64,000 bases of DNA from Haliotis rubra (Eukaryota): contig NW_025767079.1 in the NCBI RefSeq assembly GCF_003918875.1, positions 5,146,001-5,210,000 on the forward strand, written 5' to 3'. The notes under the pieces are model-generated. The model was not told where the DNA came from, did no database searches, and saw only the letters and a program-made list of their open reading frames with translations. This document shows, one piece after another, positions 48,742 through 62,348 of this stretch. Each line of letters opens with the position of its first letter. Within the stretch, counting starts at the first letter, position 1. The position numbers and the translations under genes were made by a program.

Positions 48742-51061
48742 GACCAGCTGTTTATTTTTTAATTGACTAATCACACAATAGTCTTGACATTTATGTTTCA
48801 TCTAAACGGAAGCGTCAGAAAATAACATTTTTAGACATGTCAGTATCCAGTGAACAATGTTTTCTGTGACACATGATAAAACAGAAAAAAAGAATCTGTC
48901 GGTCTGACTTGACAAGAGCTGTAAATATCAATGGAACATAGAAATGCTAATTATGATCAACAAGCTACATGGTGGTCAAATATCTCGAGCTCAACGACAG
49001 CAAAAACGATTCAATCTTTTGACTATCGGAACAACTGCTGAGATTCCATTTGGATTTTCTGATGACATCATAATATCTGTCACAATAAGTAACCTTGCCT
49101 TCATATGTCAAGACGTCACACGAGAAAGACATCAAATTTGTCTGCAAAACCTTTCCACACTCACAGCATAAGCAAAATTCGTTTCCTGTCGGAGCTTCAA
49201 ATCAACTTTCTTTAAAATCTGCGTGCCAGCAAAATGTAGAAAATCCAAGTCTCTTCAGCCGGAACTGTTTTAAATGATCACATCACCTATGTCAGGGATC
49301 CCTCGATTGACTCTCTGTTGAGCACATCTGTATTATATGACTCTTCTTTTTGTGTGTACATATTGTACATATTACGAGTGTCATATGATGGATACTGGGC
49401 ACAATGTATACATAATTAGTATAAATATTGCTGATATGGGTTAAAGGTATATCACTATGTGCAGGAGGCTATTAAGTCGCAGGCGTTTACTGCCTTAAAA
49501 CCATAAGTACTACTGACTAAGATTATGAGATAATCAGGACAAATCCTGGATTCACCATCACGGTAATTCTAGTACACTTCATTAAAGGTACAATTTCATA
49601 TATTTTCGACAATATTTTGTTTTATATCATATACATTTCAGCATATGCACTCACTGAAGCTTCCTCTTGATGCAATAAAAGACTAATAATCCCTTACGAC
49701 TTGCCTGGAATCGATAATTGAAACTCGATGCTTGTTATGTGCGAAAATACGGCAAACCAATCAGAACGCGCGTAATAGTTGCGGTGCTTTGATAAAAATA
49801 ATCCCGACTACTTAAATCGTTTATGGCATACTGTTATTGTTTTAAAAATGATGAAAAATATGTATCGTCATATTGAAAGTACTAAGAACGTAGCTAACAG
49901 AATTGTGCTGTCTAGTGTGAAGTTTTTTATATAAAGTGCATGCGATTGACTGTGAGAGATTCAAATACAAGAATGTGTGCTTGTTGACATAACGGCTCAC
50001 TGGTCCAACTGAGTGTATTTCTGACGATCTTGAGGGCTTGTTTTGGTGATTGTACGTGCGCTTCCAACAGTTTTAGGAACTGTAGTTATAAATCGCTACG
50101 CGTTTCAAAACAACAATATTCTATCTGTATATAACTAATCAACTTTAATTTTAACATTGGGCATATAGTTCACATCTCTGGAAATAGTTTAGTCTGACTT
50201 GTTTTGGTCATTCATGTATTTTTTTAGCGAATTCATTTAAAATTCCAGTTGGGGTATGACAGCAAGGTTACACGAATGTTCAGTGTGAGAAATATTTTAA
50301 AGTCATTCTTGAGTTTCTGCTTCGGGTTTAATGTAACTGTTTTTTTATATAAACTTTATTTGCATTTTCAATAAAAGATTCCCCTTTGTGATTATTAAAC
50401 CCTTTTCAGAAATATAATTGGAAATATAAGGTGAAAATCTGGTAATAATTACGTCAGGGGGTTTGTTAATAAATTATATGGTAGCTTCCCTGAGGGCTGA
50501 TAGTATTGTTGAGAGTATTGCATTATATATATTACGAGAAATGTTTAGTAAACTAGTGCCTATAACACACCTCAGTCCAGAAACAGGACGGGATCATACT
50601 CACTTACCCATCGATCTCGCGTACCTTGGGCACATTCAGGAGCACGTGTAGAAATTAAAATCCAAAGCCATGTGCATAATTTATTTTGCTAGAAGTGGAA
50701 CATATGTAATAGACATAGTATAAAACTGCTATGGGCATAGATGTTTCTACTGATGTATTGATGTATCATACAACTCACAAAGGTATTCATGTATCAATTG
50801 ATGTATCAACCGATGTATTGATGCATCGTACATAATTTAAAATACGTAATACTGAGGCACATTTTAACATCGTACTGTAAGCACATTTGGGAGCAAGTGG
50901 TGAAACTAAAGCCATGTGCATACTTTATTCTGCTCGAGGTGGAAAACATATAATAGACACCAGAAACCTGCTCTAGGTATTGATGTACTCACCGATGTAT
51001 TGATGTATTGATGCTTCACAAAACAACTATAGGTATTTACAACAGTTCATCTTGGACATAA

Positions 51062-52183
51062 TCACAGATGCTGTGAATGATCAGGTAGGTTTGACACAAT
51101 GTCAGACGTGCTCATATACTGGGAACTCCGTCTTCCGTTTGCCGATGAGTCATCATTCACACTGGATCTGCTAATGGTTCCAATGAGACTCCGCCTTGGC
51201 TGAGCAAGTCTGTGGCAACGCACAATCTGTTTAAGTGCCAATCTAAATCTTCCACCACTGACGCAATACAGGTAGAAATTCGCACACCTGTTAATATAAA
51301 GCAAATAGAACGATATCCCATATAACAGTTTGCCCAATCCTTGTTGTTGCGGAGAGCTGCCGAAATCCGATAGCGTGTTTGGGAAAGTCGTAAAAATGGA
51401 GAAAGGGACTGTGCATGCGACAATCATAAATGAATCTATTATGAGCATGACGGACAGTTGCCGACCTCGGGAGTCCATCTTCGTCTTGTTCCTTACACTC
51501 TTTTGACCTGTGCCGGAAACGGTACTGTTTCCCGATTTCCTCACATTCTTAAAAATCACAAGATTGCTTATGATGATTATGGAAAAGGAAAGAAGAAGAA
51601 ACATGTTGTGGACCCATGGCCAGACACGTGTATAAAAATAGTGATAATGGGGTTCGCTTAAATCAACATTACAGAGCACATCTGTCTGATCTTTCGGGAC
51701 AATAACAGACCTGAACAAGAAATGGAGTTCCTTTATTATGATGACGAGCAAGAGCGAAAGAATCACAATCCTTGCCCGTTTCCTGCTGCACCATTTACTG
51801 GCTTTCAAAGGAAATGTCACTGCAATTGCTCTTTCTGTTGTCATAGCAACGGTCAAAATGATTCCGAAGTCACTGGACCCCCATCCGAAGAAGTTGAAAA
51901 ATTTGCACATGTCGTCAAAATGACGGTTTCGAAAGAAAATCCATGGGTAATTTACGTACAGCCAATGGACGGGCAGAGCGATAACGAGGCTTGCAATGTC
52001 TGTGATGGCATTCACGCTCATGTAAAATGAGGTTGATACATTCCTGAAAAAACGGCTCTGCATCACCATGACAACCAAAACGTTACATACTGTCCCCATG
52101 ACAACCAAAATTGGAGCGATATAAAAGTCTATGTATGAAGCTATTTTATATTCGGTGGTATTGATAACCGATATATTTGTCAT
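51062..52183 (-). CDS. Intronless class A (rhodopsin-like) GPCR, FMRFamide/peptide-receptor-like, 373 aa
   Basis: Seven hydrophobic segments, N-terminal N-glycosylation sites (NIS, NTT), TM1 GxxxN, TM2 Asp, TM3 Cys, ERAIAV..P (DRY equivalent), ECL2 Cys, TM6 CxxP, TM7 NFYLY, and a Ser-rich tail. Confidence 0.92.
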   Translation of the reverse strand: MTNISVINTTEYKIASYIDFYIAPILVVMGTVCNVLVVMVMQSRFFRNVSTSFYMSVNAITDIASLVIALPVHWLYVNYPWIFFRNRHFDDMCKFFNFFGWGSSDFGIILTVAMTTERAIAVTFPLKASKWCSRKRARIVILSLLLVIIIKELHFLFRSVIVPKDQTDVLCNVDLSEPHYHYFYTRVWPWVHNMFLLLSFSIIIISNLVIFKNVRKSGNSTVSGTGQKSVRNKTKMDSRGRQLSVMLIIDSFMIVACTVPFSIFTTFPNTLSDFGSSPQQQGLGKLLYGISFYLLYINRCANFYLYCVSGGRFRLALKQIVRCHRLAQPRRSLIGTISRSSVNDDSSANGRRSSQYMSTSDIVSNLPDHSQHL

Positions 52184-52734
52184 TGTGATCCCTGTATATA
52201 TGCTTCAGTAAAGAGTTGCTCCAAGCTCCGGGTCCCTGTTGGTGACGTATTTTTTATACATTAGATGTTGATCAGGACATTGCTGATGCGGTTTGTGTCG
52301 ACACTTACAGGCAATTCGAAGACTATGGCTCGTCAGCTTTTCATTCCAAACCAGGTTTATTGTTAGACCTCTTCATCACATCGATCCATCATAACCAATT
52401 CAACAAAGCTGAAATGACAACGTAAACGATGATGTATCACGCTCACGACGCTGTTGAAATGAGATATAGTTAGGTGTGTTGGCATGGGTCGTCAGGTTCT
52501 GTACTTGCATGCCTGCAAACAAAATCAGAAAATATATCATCCCAAAATGATATTTTGTAAGGGCAAGTGGCGCAATAAATGGTGAAAGACGGCAATATTC
52601 TGCAATAGTTCAGGGAAATCATGTGGAAGAGGACCATGGAAGGGCGCGCTTTTAATATGTGTGGAATATCATTTATTTGAATAGCATACTCACATTTTGA
52701 CGAAAACGTTTCTGTTCTCACTCGCCCTCACTCA

Positions 52735-53237
52735 CACCCAGACCAACACTGGCCACTGCACACGCACCCTCACCCTTACTCGCACCCACGCCAGCCCCGC
52801 ACCCGCACCCGCACCCCTACTTGCACCCACACCGGCCACTGCACTCGTATTCTCGACTCTTACTCGCACCCACACCGGCCACGCATCCGAACCTTTACTC
52901 GCACCCACACCGGACACCGCATCCGCACCCTCACCCTTACTCGCACCCACACCGGCCACTGCACCCGTATCCTCATCCCTACTCACAAACACACCGGCCG
53001 CTGCACCCGCACCCGCACCCTCACCCTTACTCGCACCCACACCGGCCACCGCAACCTCACCCTTACTCGCACCCACACCGGACACCGCATCCGCAAACTC
53101 ACCCTTACTCGCACCCAAGCCGGCCACTGCACCCGTATCCTCATCCCTACTCACAAACACACCGGCCACTGCACCCGCACCCTCACCCTTACTCGCACCC
53201 ACACCGGTCACCGCATCCTCACCCGCATTCGCACCTT
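52735..53237. repeat. C/A-rich minisatellite built from hexamers (36-48-bp units)
   Basis: Repeats of ctcgcacccacaccggccactgcacccgcaccctcacccttta-like sequence. Confidence 0.9.
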
Positions 53238-54469
53238 GAAGTCGAGCATTCATCTTTTTCCAACAGAGATCATCAACGTTAATCGTTCCCTTCATTTCAA
53301 GCATAGATCATTAACCTTCTTCATGACAGACAAATCACGTTTTGCTGGAAAAACATCATTCAACATGGCAGATGAACGGAATATCCCAGCAACAGTACTA
53401 TTGATATGATGCCACGGTTGCCATAAACAGTCCTCTTCCTTGCTTGACAAAACCAGTTTTGATAACGGTTAGTTTGAAAGACACAAAACAATCCATTGAT
53501 TCGTATTAGCGATAACCCGAATCTTAAGATGAGAAAAAATAACGACGTTCATCCACTGTGCACGTGAACCCCACATATTTATCAATGTTTGATTGGATTT
53601 GATGTTATTATTATTATTCTTGGGAACATTATTTTTTGGCGATCTCGGGAAGATCCGGGTTAGAACTGGTCTTCAGTAACCTATGCTCGTCGTTAGAGGC
53701 GACTCACGGGATCGTGTGGTCAGGCTCGCTGTCTTGGTTGACACATGTCATCGTATCCCAAATGTGTACATCGATGCTCATGCTGTTGATCACTGGATTG
53801 TGTGGCCCAGACTCCATTAGCTACTGGCCACCACAAAGCTGGAATATTGCTGAGTGCAGCGTTAAACAAGAAACATACATTTTGTGTGTGAACACCGATT
53901 TTACAACCTCAATATAAGCAAAATAATCAACCTAATATCTAACAATTTGAAGTTGGCAGCACAAAACACTATGTAGTCAATTAAATGGTTCAGTGCTCAC
54001 AATGCAACTCAAACTTCGTTATTAACCAATTAAGAAACATGAGTCAGTCAGTAGGCGTGGCCTAGTGTACGTTGTGAAGTTAGAAAGTTTATAAACGTTA
54101 TTTTTTTCTTAAACGGCCAATCAAATGGGATGGAATTACCTGCATTTTCATTTTCCAAGTACATATTTTAGTTTTACTCCGCTTTTAGCACTATTCCAGC
54201 AATATCACGGCGGGGGGACACATTGTATGCCTGTGGAGAATCGAACCCTGGTTTTCGGCGTGACGAGCGAACGCTTTAACCTCTTTAAGTGCTCTTTTTA
54301 AGTGCTTTAACCCGACGTGAACTTCTTGTTAATCACATTCTGTACGTGAGGACTACAGCTTACACGCGTCTGGCCCTATCAGTTTATCATACAAGAAAAC
54401 AATCGGTGTGCATACTTCAAGTCGCTTTATGCTGCTACACGGATTTCCACTATGCTGAACGGTTGGAAC

Positions 54470-54815
54470 GTACACCTCCCTAACGCAAAAACACACACAA
54501 AAAAACATATTGAAATCAAATTGTCTAAGATGTACTTAATAATGGGGCACAAAACCCGATACCCAAGCACCTCCCTAACGCAAAAACAAAATCATACACG
54601 TTGAAATCAAATTGTTAAAGATGTATTTAATAATGGGGCACAAAACCCGATACACAAGCACCTCCGTAACGCAACTGTTTAAGATGTATATATTCTGGGG
54701 CACAAAACCCGATACCCAAGCACCTCCGTAACGCAAGGACAAAAAAATACATTTTGAAATCAAACTGTTTAAGATGTGTATATTATGGATCACATAACCC
54801 AATAGTCAAGCACGG
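54470..54815. repeat. About 95-bp tandem repeat, 3-4 copies
   Basis: Recurring ggggcacaaaacccgatacccaagcacctccgtaacgcaa. Confidence 0.85.
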
Positions 54816-55717
54816 GGTACCGGAATCCGGAATTTCTGTCTACTGATCACCAAACACCTGTCCCCACCAAGACAATCAAGTAATTTACACTGGAGACAAA
54901 TCGATCTCACATTTAATTATCGGCAATCGAATAATTCTAATCAGACAGGATGGTCTAAATGGCCATTAAATTGGTAACATAAAATTGTCATAAACCTCAG
55001 TCACAGTTTGAACAATGAAAATAGGTTCCAAATTACTCTTATGGCTTTTGGACATTTTTCTAAATAAAAGCTGATTCGAAAAGTGTTGAAATTATTTTAA
55101 ACGACATGTTAGTGATTTGCCATTGGTATTGGTGGCCCAGTCATCTGAGGCGGCACAATTTGCTGTAGTGAGTGGCTTCCCTTTGATACACCAGGAACCT
55201 GTGATTGTGAATTTCAATCTCGGTTCAAGGTTTGTCAGGACCATGCCCGTTCTTGCGTGTTTCCGATGCTCATGCTGTTGATCACTGGTCTGTCTGGTCC
55301 AGACTCGATTATTTACAGACCGCCGCCATATAGCTGGAATATTGCTGAGTGTGACGTTAAACAACAAACCGATCAACCAAGCAATCGTTTGTGTTTCACA
55401 AAAATTCCAAAATTATTAGACCTACATTACTTATGGTTTTCCCCCTACATGAAACTGACACGCGGATTATTTCACTTTATCACTGGCAATATGTTACTTG
55501 GACCCACATAAGGTATACTATTTAAAAGAAATGTAAAGAGATTATTGTGCTTTAACAAATTTATTCACGTGGTTTTTTTTAATGCATGAATTTGGGTATG
55601 TCAAGGACACTAGTATTTTTCGATCCACAAAAATAGCAGACAGACAGACAGGTGTATTCGTAGAAGTGGCCCAGAGGCCAATAGTACAACATGCGAACAA
55701 AGATATTTTTACATATA

Positions 55718-56155
55718 CTACCCATCAAAAGTTTAGACTCACTCAAAGCACTCACGATATGTTATGTCTTTATATATGGTTACATCGAAGATGAATTTCT
55801 CCACTAACTTGGGGAAACCAACTGCAAACCTTATGCAGATGAATTGCACGAGGATCATGCATCAAATTGCTGAAAAGCATGTGCAAATATTGTGCATGTG
55901 AACAACTGCGTTTTGGTGTAAAGTTTTCACTTGGTATTGTTAAGAACTCGCCAGTTTTCACCAAGTTTCATTATTTATTGAACTCATGACAATAATCTTT
56001 TCAACGTCTCGAATTTGTTTTACAATACATCAGTTCATGTGTAAACAGTACCTTTAAACATGATGGAATATTTTGCAAAATCTAGTTGGGAACAGTTGAC
56101 TGAAGTAAGTGTCTACATTTATTTACATTAGTGAGTCGAAACTTTTGATGGGTAG
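55718..56155. mobile_element. Non-autonomous Tc1/mariner-type MITE (438 bp)
   Basis: 26-bp TIR ctacccatcaaaagttt(a/c)gactcact with one mismatch and TA on both sides. Confidence 0.85.
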
Positions 56156-56395
56156 TATATTGGCAGAGATACCTTGCCAGTGAGTGTTTGTGACAACCTG
56201 AAAGTCACTGAAATTATGCAGATGATTCTTCCCTTATGCGGAATACATGATACAACAATAGTGATAGTTTTAATAACACGCTGTCATCTCCAGTATTACG
56301 AAAGGCAATACAAATTTCGCTTAATGGTCTGTTGAAATAATACTGTCGAATGTATTTCTTCCTTATACAGGTATATTCAGGACTGGTATAATATA

Positions 56396-57603
56396 CTGAA
56401 AGCCATTAAAAACGCAATTGGTATTTGTTGTCCTGAAATTTACAAAAGTTCTATTGAAGATTTTTTCCTGCGATACAGAGGATGTAGGGATAAAAGGCTG
56501 TTATTCTGGCCCATTTCGAGTTCGAATCCCGGAGCATTCCCCTCACATGAACTTTGATACTTAAAACTAAACCTTTGACATTTCTCGTAAACACAACCAC
56601 ATTCATTAAACACGTTGTGAACATGCATTACCTGTACCCAGGCCCTGTAAAAGCACAAGGAATTGTGGAACTCAATCACTTTGAGAAAATGCCACACTTG
56701 ACACAAGACGAAAGGATTCAGGTTATCATATCAAAGGATTCTGGCAATCATCACATCTGAAGCACCTTGGCTGACCATACCGGTCAGCCAAGGTGCTTCA
56801 GATGTGATGATTGCCAGGCACTTTAATGTGCATCCATCCACTGTAAGTCGACTCAGACAACGTTTTCGGGCTTCTGGAAGTGTTGCTGATCGTCCGCGAC
56901 CTGGTGCACCACCTGTGATAACAGCTCGACAAAACCGCAGTATCCGAGTTTCACACTTGCGGAATCGGTTCCAAACAGCTGATGATTAGGCAAGGAGGAC
57001 AATTGGGACAAGTCAACGTCATTTCAGCTCCCAAAAGGTGCAAGGACGCCTTGCTGCCTTTAACATCCGGTGTCGTCACCCGTACCGTGGTCCAACCTTA
57101 TTGCATCGCCACAGACTTGTCAGACAGCGATGGGCAGCAAATGGGGCCCATCTTGGCAACAGGACATGGCCAGATGTCATTTTTTCAGATGAATCCAGGT
57201 TTAACTTATCCTTTGCAGATGGACGTCAACAGATTTATCGACGTAAAGGAGAAAGACTTGCGCCAAACTGTGTCCTTGAACATGATCGTTTTGGAGGGGG
57301 TGGTGTCATGATCAGACCACAGACCATCAGAGGCTGCAGACCATCCAACAGCTGTTCCTGAGAAATGTGTGTTTTTCAATGCCCCAAAGACTGCGAGCAT
57401 GTCTTGCAGCGCACGGTGGACACACGATATTGACTGTAAGTGACCCCTCCTTTGTGTGATGTCGTTGTTGTGTCACTGATGTTGTTGTTGACTGGACATT
57501 TTCAGATGAAATTATTCACAGATGTTCACTTAAAACATATCTGCCAGTTAGGTTTATATATGTTGTAATTAGTGTGAGTAAAGAAAGTATGAATGGCTTT
57601 CAG
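56396..57603 (+). mobile_element. Degenerate Tc1-like transposon
   Basis: TIR ctgaaagccatt / aatggctttcag with TA flanks. Frameshifted transposase: MPHLTQDER.., IARHFNVHPSTVSRL..DRPRPGAP, W..VIFSDESRF..GGGGVM. Confidence 0.92.
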
Positions 57604-60084
57604 TATATGATGTTATATTCCTTGCCATGAGAACAATACGTCCAGGATGTACTAACAATATCTGTAGTTTTAGAAACTCATGCCGCACGTATGTTTAATT
57701 TGTGTAAATTACATCTAAATCTAGGGAACGTACATCGTTGGATTGTTATAAGATAAGTCTCAGGTGTAATATTATATTCGAATTCAGAATAATATTCCAG
57801 CACATGTTTCTACTGTTAAACAGATATTTGCCATTGTATTGCATGTTGACATACAATGCGATATCAATAAATGATATTGGCAGCACAACGCACTGTAAAT
57901 ATTGCATTGAACAGCATCACGTCTTACATTTCAAAATCAGTGAAATATCTAAATATCTTTATATCTGTATTATTTTCTAAAAGAGTCTGAAGTCATTTTG
58001 AAGTGTCATCTTGAGAAGATAAATATTGCATAAATACTGAGGCTACAAAGCTTACAGAAAAATTCTAATGATTGAAATATAAAACGTCATTGCTGGAGAA
58101 CAACCAGCATCGATCATCCTACGAAACAGACGTCGTGAACGCAAAAGGCGAAACAAGTTCAGTGAGTGAGTGAGTGAGTTTAGTTTTACGCCACTTTCAG
58201 CATTATTCCAGCAACATCACGGCGGGGGACACTAGAAATGGGCTTCACACATGTGCGGAGTCGAACCCGGGATTTCGGCGTGACGAGCGAACGCTTTAAC
58301 AACCTACCCCACCTCCCCCATTTCACAAGAACACATTGTGCTTATGTGTGTTGCGTTCCACTATAAGCTATACACACACAAAGTTTCATTTTTTCAACAT
58401 TCATATTCACTGATTATGGGTCGTAAATAGGTTTTTCAATATGACTGGCATGGCCGCCATTTTGAACTTGGAGTTCGAACCTTTGGGACGAATTAAGGTT
58501 TATCTTTATAAGTGAATTATTTAGGTTTTAGTGTGCAGTCGTTTCTGTCATGATATTTGCAGCGCAGAGATGGTGATTTTCACATTTTGGAACACTGTCT
58601 TGGAGGAACCGATATCAAGATCTAATATATCGAAAAAAATATTATAGGATTTACAAGAAACACTACGTATTAATTATGATAAAAACGTCTTTCTTTAAAA
58701 TTGTTGTCATTTGTTTTCAAAAGTGGTCCAAGCGTTTGCGAAATATGTTTAGCACATCAAAACTCACTCCCTTCATAACTTAGGCTTAAATATATGTATT
58801 CTCTTTCTCAATTATGTGAATTTACATTTGCAAAAATGATAGAGATTATTAATATATCCCAAACATGGCAACTTATCAATACAGAATTATCAATATATCC
58901 AAAGTGTCGTGTGATAATATCAACAAAGAGTGTTTAATGTATCAAAAGTATCATGTTATTACTTATCAATATATAATTATTATGGTACTATAACATATCA
59001 ATATAGAATTATTCATACATCCAAAGTATGATATGATAAAATACCAATGTAAAATTATCAATATATCTAAATTATCGTTTCATAACTTATTAACATAGTT
59101 GACATAGAATTATCAGTTTATCCAAAGTATGGTATGTTTAGTAATAAACCATGATTTTGACCCATGCGAATTACAAAAAAGGATGACATCCATTGCACAA
59201 ATTCCCTCAATAAATGCTTTAAATATTTCGAACGCAAGAATTGCTAGAATTGCCAGAAGTGAATGAACATTACAACAATGTTCTCACCTTAATCATACAA
59301 CCAGGCACAGTTCTGATCGGAATGAAACCTCGCATCGCTCTATGCAGGAAATGAGCTTCACCCTGCCTCCTTCCAGGGACCATGGCTTAAATAGTCGATA
59401 TCTGTGCACACGACCCGGCCACCCCCTACTTGTGACCACACAGCTAATCAAATATCGCTTGATGTTATTCGCCAGCTAAGTATTTGATCGAGAGGTGGTA
59501 TCAGAGCTGCCTTTCGCAATGTTTAACTTTGTTATGATGTTTTGCACAACTTTGTTATGATGTTTTGCACAAGTATGACAGACAGATATTAATATTAACG
59601 ATTTTTAAGTTGATTGCTTCATCATTGATAATACAATGTATTAAGTACGATTTGGGACAGTGGTCGACGGCATCACAATGATCCAGGCTGTCTGATTAAA
59701 AGGATGCTCTCGCGCATAAATGCTTTCCAACTAAGGAAACAGGTTTTCAACAGTTCTGTTCAGTGCAATATTCTGAGTAACTGGTCAGGCATTTTTGTTA
59801 ATGCATTTGATGAAAGCATGCTTTAATTTCTGAAACAAAAGAGGCAAATGTGTGCTTTGTCACATCTGGAATCCAAAGAAACTGGGCAATTACTAGGAAA
59901 TCTGACAAATTGATAAACTCTCCAGAAAAAGCAAATAGAAACACTAGAATCTATACATTTAAGTGGTTAAAACATATTTATTCAAGTAATCATGACGGGA
60001 TTGGAAAACAAGCATGAACATCCTTATATCAATGCCGCTCCCTGGCAATGATACAATAACATAGATAGTGGTGTACACATGGAC

Positions 60085-60805
60085 GGGATCTAGTCAAATG
60101 GGCCGAAGGACAAAAGGGCCGAGAAGTGCCAAGTCAAATGGGCCGATGGAAAAATCCAAATGGGCCGTGGTGAAAGTCAAATGGGCCGTGAAAAAAACGT
60201 CAAAAGGGCCTTATTCTTAGTCATATGGGCCAAACAAAAATAATTTCACAAATGTTTTTCATTTTTCATTGACATATACAGCATTAAAACATAATATCAT
60301 AACAATAATAAAATGGTATTTGCCAAGCATGTCTTAGCATTTAATGGCAGTACATATAGATTCATAGTTCATAATTTAAAGCACTTAAGTCTCAGTTCAT
60401 TCCAGCACTGGTATATCCGGTTCAGGTGCTACACTACTTTCAGTTTCTCACAAGTTCATACGAACACACTTGGGGCATACACTCTTGAACACATCGTCAC
60501 TGCACACACTGGGCAGTCATGGTTAGTGTTGTGGATGTTGTGGGTTGGAAAGCAGGTTATATACCATATTGTCAATGGAAGTGAGTTCATTAGTTAAGAC
60601 ACTGAGTCGAGATACTTAATGAAAACATTTGAGTCACATGTTCAAATTCCATTCAAGATAACAACAACAACAACAAACAAAACACTATCAACACTATTTT
60701 ATTATGGACTTTTTGACTTTTGATTTGGGTCCATTTGGCATTTGGCTTCGGCCCATGAGACTTTTTTTCGGCCCTTTAGTCCTTCGGTCCATTTGACTAC
60801 GACCC
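60085..60805. mobile_element. Non-autonomous DNA element, Mutator-like by TSD length
   Basis: About 40-bp imperfect TIRs (ggg..tagtcaaatgg(g/a)ccgaagga), subterminal aaatgggcc repeats, and a 9-bp TSD cacatggac (60076-60084) / cacatagac (60806-60814). Confidence 0.75.
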
Positions 60806-60949
60806 CACATAGACTATGTGCAAAACATAATGGAAATCTAAAAGGACAATAATGAAAATATTATGTGTGAGAATTTACAAAAATATCTTTGAAGGCAAAT
60901 AAACTCAGCTTAAGAATTTAGTAGCTATTGTGATGTCAAGATACTAGCA

Positions 60950-61215
60950 AAGCACGGTATATACAATAAAACTAAGTTAGGTAAATTGCGAGAATCTCTG
61001 AGAAGATATGATGTAGTTATGTAGATATTTTAATAATTCTAGATTTACCTTTGAGATGAGTCCGAATGACCATATAAAACTGAAGACAAATTAAACCTAG
61101 TAAAGAAATGTGCATTTAATCTTATGTCGTTAAATGTAGGACAGATGAGGAAGAAATGAAGCGCATCTTCAGTGTGATGCCCGCAGTTACATTCAGGGCT
61201 ATCAAATATTGATCT
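60950..61215 (-). mobile_element. LINE (CR1-like) C-terminal fragment
   Basis: SPECNCGHHTEDALHFFLICP..R motif. Confidence 0.65.
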
Positions 61216-62348
61216 GGCAGGGATTGGGAAAGGCAGGGGCCATGGCCCATTTTGCACATTAGAATAAAACATGGCCCATTAAAATTTTGAAGTTTACTAT
61301 TGATGCAAGGGCAGAGGTCCATTCTAAATTCAGAAAATGGCTAATAATCCTGAAAATGGCCCATTGTCAAAGTTCTCTATCCCAATCCCTGGATCTGGTA
61401 ATCTCCATCTCGATACATTTAAGTCGACATATATGTAACGTTCTATGATTTGAAAGGCCACAAGTGCAAAAGGAAGAAGCGGATGTTAAAATACAAATAA
61501 TAATAACATTAAATAAGATTCTTCCCATCCAGTGCGAGTTTGTCCACGTAACCTTTCTGTCCATGCCACAGATTTCAGTTTAAGATGAAGGTAATACGTA
61601 AAAATCGAAATAACTCATTTCAGGGACCTCATTGCATATTTGTCACTAGGGTCTACTGGCAACACAAAAAGTAAATGCATTTCTGGTGACCACTGCCATG
61701 ATAATGCTGGAACATATCTGGAACATTGCTGGAACATTGCTGGAACATTGCTAAAGCGGCGAAAAACATACTCATTCACTCTCTCACCCCGAGTGATGTA
61801 CGCATGTCTTTAGGAATTACTATCAACCTGGAATGATACCAGGTGTGTTCGAGAAGTGAGTGTATCCTGACACATCGATGACACCGGTCGCAAACACATG
61901 CAAAGGCAAGTCAATTTTCACTAGAAATATGGGAACATTCAAAAAACGAAACTGAAATCAGACATCATCGTGGTCACTGATGTGACATTTTATAAACCTA
62001 TGGCCAATGTTGTCTATTGTTCTTGTAGTTGCTTCGCATTATGGAATAACCTCGGTAGAGGTTTTACGGTTGCAGGTGGTTTTACAATGACCATTGTAAA
62101 ACCTCATACGAGGTACGAAGTTTTACAATGGTCGTTGTAAAACCTCATACCCTGAGAATTTTTCACACAGCAAAATGTTTGTTTTGGTTGTGTCAAAACT
62201 GTCATTAAATAAATCTGCGAGTATTACATGTTATAGACACGACTAAATGAAACATGTTGCTGTGCAAGTCTATGCAGACGTACCAATGGAAATAAAAAAC
62301 CCAACAAACTTTGCCACTTTATGTCTGAATAGTCATTGTACACGTAAT

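Noticed and set aside
52697-53304. Pro/Ala/Thr-rich, His/Pro-rich and Gly/Ala-rich ORFs
   Set aside because: Open in several frames on both strands because of a hexamer-based minisatellite. No convincing start or splice context.
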